From: an uncultured bacterium
GTDB lineage: Bacteria > Oederibacteriota > JAAXVQ01 > JAUVAV01
Length of the DNA: 64,000 nucleotides
Assembly (NCBI GenBank): GCA_963710755.1
Contig: CAVQBK010000013.1
Location: forward strand, 352,001-416,000
Reading direction: 5' to 3'
Positions 17,301 through 29,800 of the stretch are shown here, one piece after another. The position numbers and the translations under genes were made by a program. The notes below the pieces were generated by a model. It saw only the letters and a list, made by a program, of their open reading frames with translations, did no database searches and had not been told where the DNA came from. Every line of letters begins with the position of its first letter. Position 1 is the first letter of the stretch.

Positions 17301-20300
17301 CAGAATCTCGTCTGCCCACCAGCCTATATCGCCGGGCTTCTTACCCCGAATATCGGATTGAGCATACAGTTCAAGCAACTGCTGCATGATAACCAGGAAT
17401 TGCTTATAATTTGTTCGATGCTGCTTATCATTAGCCCAATACTTCAGATCGCCTGAATGGATTTGAATATCACCATAAGCGCGCTTTGTAAGATCCTGCT
17501 CCAAGGAAACAATGTCCGCTGACGGTACCTCGCCTGATAAAACAAGTGGTGTAGCTGTTTTAACGGAATTGGCTTTCATGTTCGCAATTTCAGCCAGGAT
17601 GTCTTTGGCCCTTTGCTCCAATTGTCTCGGATCCACGGCCACTGATTGCTCTACTTGTTGGATGGTGGTATCTCTCTTTAAATTTCCCAAGGTCCCCCTT
17701 CCGGACATTTCTAAAATAAAAAGCCCCAGGTCCCAACTGGTGGTGGTTGATGCCTTTTGGCCGTTGGCGACATTCAGGCTGTCAGCTATGTCCTTAGTAA
17801 AAAGACCAGCTTGATTCATAACCTCCAGACTGGTCATGGCCTGCTGGGGATAGAGTTGAAGAAAAGGCGCCACGGCATAAGGCTGAACCTGGTTCAGCTC
17901 CACTGACCCCAGTCCATGATACTTGCCGTCATCACCATAAGCTGGTGAGGTACCCCAAGCCTGATAGCCATGGGCTTTGGCATAGGCTTGAAACACGCCG
18001 CCCATTTCCTCCAGCATTTGCAAAGCCTTGCCGTCGCGGATGAATATATTGGGCAAGCTGTAGAAAAAGGCCGCCATATTTTCCGTGCCGCCGCCGCCAT
18101 AACGGGGGATGGTGAAGCCCATGATGGTTTCCTGCGGCACATGGGCATACCTGACCTGATTGTAAGCAGAAGGCTGCAGGGCACCGGCCATAATGGCCGC
18201 CAGATAAGCCGAGCTGTTGTCCGTAGGGCCTTCCAGGATCCAGCTTCTGTTCCAGGGATCGAGGTGACCTTTTCTGATGGCCTGCCAATCGTCAGTAGTC
18301 AGGCCTTCTTTAGTGCCGCCCAGCAGGCGCCCATTTTCAGTGACCACTTTATCCCATTGGTACCGTCCGGCAATGGTAGCGGCCAGTTCGGTGACCTCTT
18401 GGTTGATACCCGCATGCTTGAGCCATTGCAGCGCCAAGGCCAGATTGCCTTCATCAATAATGCTGTTCTTGATTTTAACTTTACCGTTTGCTTGTTCCGC
18501 CGATGGAATGCCTTGCCTATCCCTCACATTCAGCCAAGCCCAGGTAAAGGGGAACCCGTAAAGATTATATTTCTGCTGATAGCCATCGAGCATCTTCAAG
18601 GCCTTCATCAATTGGGCCAGCGATTCTTTACTTTTATTATGCTGATAATCCAAAGCCAGCACCATGAGGCCAATGCCGATGTTGCTGGTGCTGGTGTGGC
18701 CTGCCAGCGCGCCATTGCGGTTGTTACGATTATCTACCGGCCAGCCGGTGTTGGGATCGATGAGAGACTTGAAATCCCTGATCGCCTTGGCTTGCAATTG
18801 TTGGACAACCTTTTTTCCCTGAGCAGTTAATCTTTGGTAGGTATACGTTTGGGTCGTGGAAGTCCCTTTGGCAAAACTTTGATTGACCCCTCCGGTCCAG
18901 GGGCTGACCGTCAAGCTGAGGCTGAGGAGCAATACTCCAAAAAGTCCGAGCATGCGATGCCACCAGTGCTTTTTCGACTGGTCTTTACCCGGTGACAGCG
19001 CTGTGCCATTAGCCAAGGGAAGTTGATTTAAAATGGCGTTCCCCTCTTCCAAACGTTTAATGGTCAGCGATTGGGGTAAGCCCAATTGGTCGCTGAGCTT
19101 GTCTATTTGTTTGAGCATGGCCAGATAACGATATCCTCCGATTTCGCCCTGCATGGTATGGCCACCCACCCAAAAAACAGTTTGTCCTGTTAAATAATGA
19201 AGCAGCATCATCCATTGCACATCGCGAGAGGCAATAGCATCCAAAATCTTCTTTATCCGGCGTTGGGTGTACCGATCCTTGAAGTCCAATGGCTTTTCAG
19301 TATTTTTGGGATCCTTATTCTCCAGGATATTTTCCAAGTCATTAAGTGAGAGTTGATGGAGTTCTATTCCTAACCGCTTCTTTAAAAGATCATCCAAATG
19401 CAATTCCCTGGCCATGGCCATGATGCCCTCCACGGTGCCCGTGAAAGAAGCGCTTTGGCCTGGAAACGCTTGTTTGGACGTGGCTAGTCTATGGAGCCCT
19501 GAGCTGTTGAGGGTAAAGCCGCCGCTGTGGGCAAGGCTTGCTTGGAATTGGCCTTGTCGAAACAAACCGGCCCTCAAACGTTCCCCAAAGTTCACCACCA
19601 TGCCCGACACCTCCTCTTTTTTGGAGGTGGCAACAGATTCAACTTCAGGTGTTGGGGGGCGGTTGGTCCAACCAGACGTTACTGCCACCGGCCGGCCTTT
19701 TCCATTGTCACGCCGGAGTGCTTGTGCATGAGTTTTAAAATCAGCAGTGATCATGCGCGCCAGCAGCTTTTCCTGACGGCGGGTTTGTTTTGGTCCCAGT
19801 CCCAAAATGTCCACATTCAGGTTCCGTGTCCCATAGCCCATGGCCACGGAACGGGCAAAGAAAGGAATCAGATAATAGGAATACAGCGCTTTTTGGAGGT
19901 CCCGGTCCGCTACCACGTCAGGATGAGGCAATTCCGCCTCCGCTGATTTGCCCTCAGCTGTGGTGAGCCGCACGGTCATGCTTTTACCTGTAGCTTGTAC
20001 TACCTCCCGTACCGCCTGGGCAGCATCAGCAAAAAAGACGTCATTGTCTTTGCCTTGGCTGAAAATGGACAAGGCCTGCCCAATGGTTTTCCCAAAAATC
20101 GGCGACAGATTATTAAGGTCGGCACCCCTGGCATAAGCATGCCATATGGCTTGCTGATCCATCGCCTGCCACTCACCCTTTTCATTGGCGTATTCCATTT
20201 CAACGCTATAGGCCCCCGGACGGGAAGGTTTCCAGCTTATCTCCCAGACCGACAAGTCCTGAGGCAACCCATGCGCAAGCGAAGCCTCCGTGGCCTTGAT

Positions 20301-20817
20301 TGGTTTGGCCTTCAAGATGCCGGCGACTTGCTGACCCTGTTCCTCTTTAACCACATAGCGAACACCTTTACAGTCTTTGGGAAGAAAAACAGCGAGATGA
20401 AATTTTTGCCCTATTTGGGCCATCTGGCGCTGTCCCTGGTCCAAAGGCGGATCAAAGGCTGGTAAAAATAATCGGTGTTGCAACAGTTGCGCCAGACGCT
20501 TTTCCTGGTCACTTAAATCTTCGAGTTTTTCACCTCTGGCAATAGCCAAAGCACTCTTCTCTGCCACACCTTCAGCCGCAGCCCATAAGTCCAGAATGTC
20601 CTTGGTATACGTCTGAATATCCCCGCGTCCTGTTTGCTTTAACAAGCCCTGGATAAAGGTCAACTTTTGAAGTAATTCAATTTCTTCTCGTGTCCTGCTA
20701 TTTTCACCTCCCAGGAGCGCATTGAGCCGTTCCACGGTGATATGGTGAGGCAGACGAATGTCAAATTTTCCGGCATGGGCATTGGGGTCATTGATACGGA
20801 ATTGAGGCGGCAGGTTA
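14376..20817 (-). CDS. Giant multidomain membrane protein, C-terminal part (end of GH77, possible degenerate ROK-like region, glucoamylase/GH144-like domain, helical repeats, TM module, unknown C-terminal domain)
   Basis: The 2119-aa ORF at 14376-20735 stays open upstream to the T5 run, reading NLPPQFRINDPN, which completes the GH77 motif begun in the upstream ORF. It also carries HTSTSNIGIGLM, IIDEGNL and WGTSPAYG motifs. Confidence 0.8.
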
Positions 20818-23800
20818 AAAAGTCGGAAGCTGAAAGCAAAGCCAAGCCCGCCCGGCTGCTCAGCAGACGCCAGAGGTAAGCCCCATGCACCTGTTCCGCT
20901 ACTTCCGGACTATCCAGATCATGGAGCTCCCCGTCCAGTCCTTCGAAACCATCGGTCTTGAAATCATCGATAACCTTTTGCTTGCTTTCCCCGTTCATGG
21001 CAGCCCACATGGCGCTGAAGGTCACTGAATCATGGAGTGCGCCCGTAGCCAGCATACGGCTGGGCATGTGGTCAGGATAATAAGGATTTAGGCGGTCACC
21101 CCAGGGCTCGCCCGTAAGCGCGAAGATATAAGGCGCAAAGCCATAAGCCCCGCTGGTCTCCATTTCCGTTTGTGCTTGGTGGGGCACCACACCCAGGGTT
21201 TCATAAACCAGCGTCACACCGAGGGCCTTGGCATAGCGTTCCAGCTCAGCCAATAAGGTCGCCGAGTGGGGTGTGGGCTTAAAATAACCAAATTGTAACC
21301 GGTCCGATTCCTTGGGATCCATGTCAAAAAAATAAGTTTTCCAAAATCCTTGTGCTGATTGTTCATGCCCTTTTTTCCCTTTGATAGCATCAGCCGGAGT
21401 GGTTCGCAGGTAATCCTGCACCCGGGCATCATGTTTGATTTTCTGCTCCACGCTTTGGTATTCCCGGCGCCAGGGTGAATCTTCAGGTAAGGCTTTGTCG
21501 TAATCCTGGCGCGGTACGGTTCGGGCAATGTAAATGGCATTATCAGGACCGATGCGGCCATGTTCATTCATCAGCCAGTGCAAGGCATCAGCCGGTAATT
21601 GATTTTCCAAGTTGGCTGGCAATTGACGGCGCCACTGTTTTAATTTGTCCATATAGAGCGCTTGGGCTTTGTCGGCCGCGGCCTGGCGCAAGCGCTCCTG
21701 CTCTTCGTTGTCCGCTGCAGCCGATATGGCTGCCATGGCTTCTTGGCGTATGGCCATCATCTCCTTAAAAATCCCCAGGTCTTTCCAGGTCACATCACCT
21801 TCCGTGAAATAATAGCTGCGGAACAAGGCGAGTGCATGATCAATACGAATATACCGGCCGTATTTAGCCATGGCCTTGATCTGGGCTTTGAGGGCGTCCA
21901 TGGACTCGGATAAATACATCTGCCAGTATTGGGCATTGGGGTAAGCTTCTTCCGCAGGCACGCCGCGGCTGACGAGACGCAGAAAACCGAGCTTCTTTTT
22001 CAGCCCATACCAGGCCGGATGTTTCCAGGGATCGGCTTCACTGGGAGCAATACCCTTGTCCACCGCCAATTCAATGCCTTTGCTGCGGGCATAAGTTTTC
22101 AACTCATCATATTGCGCATCCGCGATAAATTGAACAAAGGCCTGAAAAAGAATCTGATCAGCCAGTCTTTTTTTGGCGTGACGCAAAGATGCCGGTTCCC
22201 TGGCCCATAAGCCTTCCTCGCCTGCTTCACATATATCACCTTTCCAGCGCTGCCAGGCCCAGTCGCGCAAGTCATCCAGTTCATATACTGTTTTCCCTTC
22301 CTGCTCCGCTTTTTCCTTAAGCTCATGGCGGCGCTGATTGTATAGGGCCTGAAAATCCGAATTTTCTTGACGGCGTTTTTCAGCCAGGACCAGTTGTCTT
22401 TCCCTGGTGGCAGGCATGGCCTTCCTATTATTCTTAGACCATGTTTGGAGGACCTCCAGTTGAAGAGTCTCACCATCCAGATATTGACCATCTTTTTCCC
22501 AGCGGGCCACTTCCTTGGCCATAAATTCTTGTTTGAGCAAATGGTAAAGAAGATCGTCTTCTTTATTCTTCTTTTCCTTTTTCCAATAAGTCTCAAAGGC
22601 TTGGCGCAGGTGCTGATTTTTTTCATTGTCCGGGTAAGCGGCCAAGGCTTGCCAGACCGATTGCAGCACCTCCAAGGTCAAGGCCCGTTTCTGATCATAT
22701 TGGGCCCGTTCAGCCTGACGCCACTTTTTGACGGCATCATAATTAAAAACTAATTTCCCTACTGCTCGCGGAGCATAGACGTGATTAAATACCCAGGGCA
22801 GATTGATAAATTTGGGATCCTTCATTTCCTCGCTTTCATAGGCATAGGGCGAGTTGCCGATAGGCGGCCAAAATAAACTTTCCATCATCATGGCTTTAAA
22901 GCCCATTAGTTTATGAAAATCCACCACCTTTTTCATGAGGATCAAATCCATGATCCCCATGTCCTCTTGTGAGCGCCAATGGAAGAGATAATCAATAGTG
23001 GCCACCACATTACGTAAGCCGGCCCGCGCCGGGGAAATAAATTTTTGGTAGGGGAAGAGTTTTCGATACAACGCATGGTGGGTGATGGCGCCGGCCAGAT
23101 AAACCGCGCTACCAGTCAGGCTGGTGGCAAGGATATGGTGCGGGGCCAACATCAGCACGGTTAGGCCGACCACAGCGGACAGCCCAAGGCTTACGGTAAT
23201 TTTAATGAAATTTAAACGGATTTGTTCTGTTTGATCCGAAGAGGCTGGAACTTCTTTATGCTCTGTTTCATCCCAAATGGTGGTATGCAGGAATGCAAAC
23301 AAGGGCTTGATGGCCAAATCATACACCCCGTAAGCCAATGCCAGCGATGCCGCCAACGCCGCCAGGAACCAGCCCGTCCCCACGCCGAGTACCACCGCTA
23401 TAATAGCCGGCGCCATGGTTGCTCCCAGCAGGGTAAAGAGCATCATATTCTCAATCTGCTCAGCTATGTCCAGCTCCACTTTATCCGACAAACGCCCAAA
23501 GGTAAATTTGTGCACCCAGGCTTTGATTTTGGGACTGGTCAGGCGGGGCGATTCTTTTTCCGGCTCAACAGCACCTGAGCTGAAAGCAGCCGCCAAGTCA
23601 GGATCTTGGCGCAAGGCCAACAAAACCTGTTCCGGTTCCAAGCGGGCATTAATCATTTCCAATATGAGTTGCCGCTGGATTTCATTAAAACGTTCATTGT
23701 GGGTTTCTTCGCCATGACCTTCGCGCAAATGGGCATTTTCATGCACCAACGTTTCCATAATATCGTACAGCTTGGCATAATCTTCCTGCGTGGTTGATTG

Positions 23801-26800
23801 GTGGTTCATAAACCGGTTCATCCAAGCGAGCCAATCGCCAATGCTATTTTGGTTAAAATTAATCCAGTCAGGACCATAGAAGGCTATGCGTTTCGTGGAA
23901 ACCGTCATGAACCCTACTTTATAAGGACCATAGCCATGGGTCTGCATCAAAGGCTGCATAAGATCCTGACAAAGTTTGGCCAAAGCATGATGCGCTGCGG
24001 TGAGCTCGCTTTCACGCAGAGGCGTGGGCCGGTCATCCTCAATCGTCACTTGTCCAAATCCTTGGTGTTGTGGCTTTTGTGCTTCTTTCAGCAACAGGGC
24101 AAAGGGTTCACTTAATTCTTTCAGGTCCACTGGGCTGTCACGGCGGTCGGCCTCAACCGCCATACAATGGAGATCGTAGAGGGAAAGTTTTTTACCCTCA
24201 CCAGGTTGTTGGACTTTTATTCTGGTGAGCAGTGTGGTGAGTTGATCCGAATTCTGAATAAACTGAACTTCCCGGTCAGTCAAATCTTCCCACCGTCCCT
24301 GATTAAGCTTACCGGCCAGAGTCTCAGTAGAAATGTAATGACGGACCAAATGATCATATTTGTACACCAAATCCAATGGCCGGTCATAATTCAACGTTGC
24401 TGCCGCGGTCTCCAGCACCGCGGCCAGGATTGCTTTTTGCAGTCGTGGCAAATATTTTTCCGTCTCCGCCAGCCCGCCCCGTTCCCGGTCGGTTACAATG
24501 GAATAAACATGTTGTTTGAGGCTGACCGGCAGGCTGAGGCTCAATCCTTGTGTTTTGAGCATGTCTTTTAGCGCTGCCGGCACCAAGGCCCACAATTCAG
24601 GGTATTGATTCAAGTCCATGACAAAATAGCCGGCCTGCAACACGCCTGTTTTCCCGGAAGCCCGTTTAACCACTTTGATCTTTTCCTGGTCCTGCCAGTC
24701 CACCTCAGCCAAGAGGGCCGCCTGTTCCGAAATATTACGGCCGTTGAAAGTAATGGTCAGCCTTCTTTTTTCATCAACCGACCCCAAGGTGCCCGCGTAG
24801 AGTTGCAAACTGTCGCCAATAATAGCTGTTTCCAAATCAATGCCGTCTTGATTCTGTTCATAATCCCCGGGGTACTCCTTGATCCAAGTATCGACGCGGG
24901 TACCTTCAAACTGGCCTTCAAACTCTGCGAAGCGCTCAACCTCCCAGGTAAAACCGCCTTGGCCATTGGGTATTTTTCGGACCTCCAAAATTTGAAAGCG
25001 GCCACTGCCTGATTTTCCGGAGATCACACGAACCCGGTCCGCGACCGTAAGATTTTTGTACCATCCCCGGCCGTAATATCCTTTGGAGGGATCAGCGCCT
25101 TCTTTCGCACCGGTCCTATCCAAGGGAAGCAGGAAGTTCAACATATCTTCCGTATCCATGCCAATGCCATAATCGCGGGTGCTTAGCACCAGTTGGGTTT
25201 TGCCTTTGGTTTGAACCGGCACGGCTGTGACTTCGATGCGTTGGGCTCCGCCCTTTTCCAAGCTGGCTTTATCCGCATTTTGAATGTTCTCTCTTATCCA
25301 TTCATAACCTTTTCCCATGCCGCCGCGCGCGATGTCTTCTTCCGTTTGAGCGTAAGCCTCATTGCCTTTAAGCGTTTGCTTTAAAGCCGCCACACTTTGA
25401 AAGATCCCCAAATTGCGGCGCACCCCGGCCAGCACTGAAAGTCTAATTTTTTTAATAACGTCCAAGCTACGGCCCCGCGGCAGGTTCAATTGGCGTGGGC
25501 TCAAATCTTCCATATCAACATCGCCGCGCAAATAGCGGATCAAAAAGGCGCCTTCAGCAATTTCATCCGGCCCGGTCTCTGGGGACAACCATTCCCAATG
25601 AGATTGCAAGCCTGTAATCATTTCAAAGCCTCTGTCCTCTCCTGCCTCCCCTGCAGCTATTACATGCAACCAACGATCCAAAACTTGATTAAAATACAGG
25701 TTATCGCTTACCACTTGCCCCAACCCATCAAGCAACTGGCCCACGGCCCTATGATGCTGCCGGAATAACCTACCGCAGATTTTGCTCAATGTTTCCTGGT
25801 TTTGTGGATTAAGACGTTTGATCTCTTGGCCGTCGGCAAAGGGCAGGAGCCAATCCAGTTTTTCCATATCCGCCGCACTCCAATTGTAGTGGAGCAGATT
25901 ATTTATAAACCGCGATTTCGCCTCCGGTGACAAGTGGTTATAAAATTCGTCACTCGGCTCAATAAAAGGACCGTCGGCAATATTCTTAAACCAATCCAAC
26001 GGTTGAATGGTGATGGTTTGGTTCTGCTTAAATATCACCAAGTCCGATTTGAGAAGATCAATAAACTCTCCCTCCAGTCCCGTAAAAATGGCGGTTGATC
26101 CCTCCAAACGGAACAACCTTTTTACCCCCCACTCCCCGATAATGGCATAATTGACGCCGCCAATGGAAAAAGGATTCCATGCATCGGGGATATTGCTCAT
26201 GTTCTCAACGTGGGTAAAATACCCATCACTTAAATGAAACAAACTCCAATGCCGTCTATGCTTGAGCCACATATAGATTTCACTGCCCACCTGCACGGGG
26301 TTGGTGGCTTTCTCCATCTCGCCCAATTCCTTAACCGGCTCAAACCGGTCATGAATTAACCGGTATAGCCTTGTTTCCCCATTTGTTAATGCGCCTAAAA
26401 TATAAATTTCTTGGCCCACGGCCACAGGTTTATCGTGATATGTAAAAGCAACCTCCGCCAGTTCTTGCACTTGAACAAAACGCCCCTGAACCAGCCGATA
26501 TAACCGGGCATCATTTGCTGGGCCGGCAATCTCATAGGTTTCCCCGCCCACTTCCACCGGCGTCCCATACCCATCCTTATCTTTCAATTCCACAATTTCC
26601 ACAAACCGTCCGTCAGTTAATCGATAAAAATGCTGCGAATCATCACTTAAACTGGTTAAGTTTACATAAATTTGCCCTCCGGCACTTACAGGGATACCAA
26701 TCTCACGTGCATCCGCCAATCCTTGGGTTAATTCGAACCGTCCATTAGCCAGCCTGAATAAGTAACTGTGATGGTCTGAAGAGCCAATGAAAAAAACTTC

Positions 26801-29800
26801 TTCCCCAATTTGAATAGGGCCCTCTTTAAGGTTTAATCTTCTTAATTCTTGTACCACTTCAAATCTACCGTGAGATCGTCTATAAATGATGTCTTCAGCA
26901 CCTTGCCTAACCGCTACATAAGTTTTTCCGCCTGCCTGACCAATCGGGTATATTATCTGCGCTGGTTTGAGATCAGGGACCACTTCGAAGCGACGGCCTG
27001 ACCATTGATATAAGCTCATGCTGCCCGGCTCGCCGGCGCCTACCAAGATATCTTCGCCCACTTTTTCAGGCATTTGGATAACATCCAAGCCGTGAAATTC
27101 AGTCAGTTCCGAAAATGCGGAACCAGTCCAGCGATAGAGATCATAAACAATGCCGCGCTGCATCCGTAAAAACAAATCACCATCAATTTCCGCCACGTCG
27201 TAGCTTTCACCGGCCAATTCGGTTTTGAAAGCATCGGCTATGGAAAAACCATGCACTGCGCAAAAGTCATCTATCTTCGACAAACGTTCCGCGGCCTTTG
27301 GAGCCAGTCCGGTCCGGCCCGACCGGAAATAATTGAACTGCAACAATTGCCGAATATTAACCGGATAATCATCAAACTTAAACGTCATGCCCGCCGGTGA
27401 TGCATCGGCTACGCCCCGGGGGACTGAGCCTCCGGCATGCAGAGTAGCTTCCGTTCCTGGTTTGGTGCCATAGCCGGTCCAAACCCCGAAGAGTAAATTC
27501 AAGAGCAGCGGGCCTTGCCCCGCTAAGGCTTTATCAACATAGGCATAATAAATAGCCTGGTTTAAAAGCAACAGCTTGCCTACCCGGGCAAAGGGGCGTG
27601 TCAAGTTGGCGATCCATACCGATTTGCCGCTGGACAACACAGGCTGGGCATCGATGCCTCTTGGATCGAATGGGAGCAGTCCCTCCTCAACCGTGAGGGG
27701 CTTTTTACCTGCATAGGCCTCGGGTGCGATGGCTTGCTGCTCCATGGCGGGTAAAAAAACATAGTCCATTTCTTTCAATCGGCTGGCAGCCTGATAAAAT
27801 CTTTGCCGCAGGTGACGCGCGATATTAAGTTCTTCACCCTTGGTCTTGGTCCGCTGTGATTGCTGTAAGCGTTCGGCGGCCAGATAAACAGCATTGACCA
27901 CGGGCATCATGCTTTCCGGATTATTGGAAAAATTTCGGAGCAGATTGTCGGCTACGGTCTGAAAAGCTCTGGCTGTCACCTCGTCCAGCAGGATTTGCTG
28001 GCGTCCCTCCCTTTGATCGCAGGCCGTGGGAAGATCAATCACCACTTCTTGAGCCAAGGCGGCACCTTCTATTTCCAAGGTCTCTACTTCCGTGCCACCG
28101 ACCAGTAAATAAACTTTGCTGGTCTTACCCACGTGCCTGGACCAGTAGTATTCTTCCCCATTGGCGGTCCAATCCTCCTGGAGTAATGCCGACTTCAATT
28201 GATCACCAGTTCGGTTGGTGGAAACTTCAGGCACCGGTAAGGCTTCCATGAGAGTTGACAATCCTCGGCCCTCATCAAAAGGGGCCACCCCCTTTCCTGA
28301 GTCACGCACATGTAATTCCCGTCCATCCTCGCTCAGCCAATAGCGCACGGCTTTCTCGCCCAACCGATAGGTTACCGGTTGGCCTGCCTGGTCAAAGGGT
28401 GACAAATCATTAACCAGGACTTGGCCGCTTTTCCCCTGGAAGATGAGACCGCGCCGCGAGGTACCCAGCTTTTTTCTGATGTAGTTTTCCAGACGCTTGC
28501 CATCCAAGGGCTGCTGGCGGTGCAGCACCACCTCGGTGCCCGGGCCCTGGGTGGCTAACAGGGATTCGTGATAAAAATTAACCCGGATGGTACCTCTTGT
28601 TTTTACGAATACTGCTTTGTAGCGCGTACGTCGTTCCTTATCAGGTATAGTGATAAACTCCAGGCGGTCGCCTTCGTTCTGCAAGAGCCCGATGGCTTGA
28701 TAGACACCGCGGCCAAAGCGGCCAATAGCGTCACCCATGGCGTCAAAGCCATTGTTGATCAATTCCACCAAAGCTTGATCAGCCGTGGTGGATTGGCGTT
28801 TCATGAGCGTATCCAAGCGTTCCGGCTCAAGAGGAAATCCTTCGGCCATGCATTCCCGGGCAAGGTCTACAAAAACAGGCCCAATGCCTTCCTTGGGCTG
28901 CGAAGTCTCAAGGGCTTTGATAAACCGTTCCCGATAGGCTCGCTGTTTTTCTGCTGGCAAATCACGCAAATGCTTGATGAGACTGACATATAGAGCAAGA
29001 TCATAGCCGTCTTTGGTGTAGAATTGTGATGGGGATTGCTTCTCGGAAAGTTTAGCTTTGGGCCGTCGCGGTAAAACCCATTTAACTAAAATTATCAGTG
29101 CCAATAAGATCGCCGCGGTCCAAGTTGCCTGGCTGGTCAGACCGCCTGCCAAAGGTGATTCCCAAAGCGGGATGTGAGGTAAAAAACCCGTGGTTCCGGC
29201 CATCAGCAATGAAGCCGGTGACAACGCCGGCAGAGGCCCTTGTAATTTTATTTTCATGGTTACCCAGGCTTGCTGCAAAACCCTGCTTAGGGATTCCAGA
29301 AATGCACTCGGTGCATGCAAGTTGATTTTTTCATAAGCCGATTGATCGGCAAACACCGCCGCATAATGCTGACCGGGCAGCGCTTTCAAAACGACTTCAG
29401 CACCGGGCTCAAGTCCATACGCTTGCAGCGGCCGGTTGGCCACCACGACTATTTTTTCTGCTTCACCAACCTTGGCTAGAAAAGCACGGACGCCTTTAAC
29501 CGGCGCCTTTAATTCCTGCCATTGCGTAATGTCAAAGCTCAGTGCCTGTTGAGCGCTGACTTTCATGGCCTCTGCACTGGCCGTGGAAAAAAGCAAGGTT
29601 CCCCAAGCCATGCGTTTAAGTTTATTGACGGCCAGGGCTTGCAATTGATCGGCCACAGCCAGAATGGTCTGGTTTTTAGCCAGCAATTGTTCCAGCGGGG
29701 TACGTCGATTCTGCAACAACTCAAAATAAGGATTAACCACGTCCAGACGGGAAACCTGGGGGCGCACCAACAAATAAGTAATATTTCGTTTTCGCAATTC

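Noticed and set aside
19130-19620. Active ROK-family sugar kinase inside the giant protein
   Set aside because: Only a faint resemblance (VVNFGERLRAGL; FWVGG); the DxGGT and catalytic motifs are missing, so it is noted only as possibly degenerate.
20660-20816. C-terminal tail of the 3456-aa ORF (TCRLNSVSMTPMPM...)
   Set aside because: Probably out-of-frame read-through after the frameshift; the -1 frame carries the GH77 motif.
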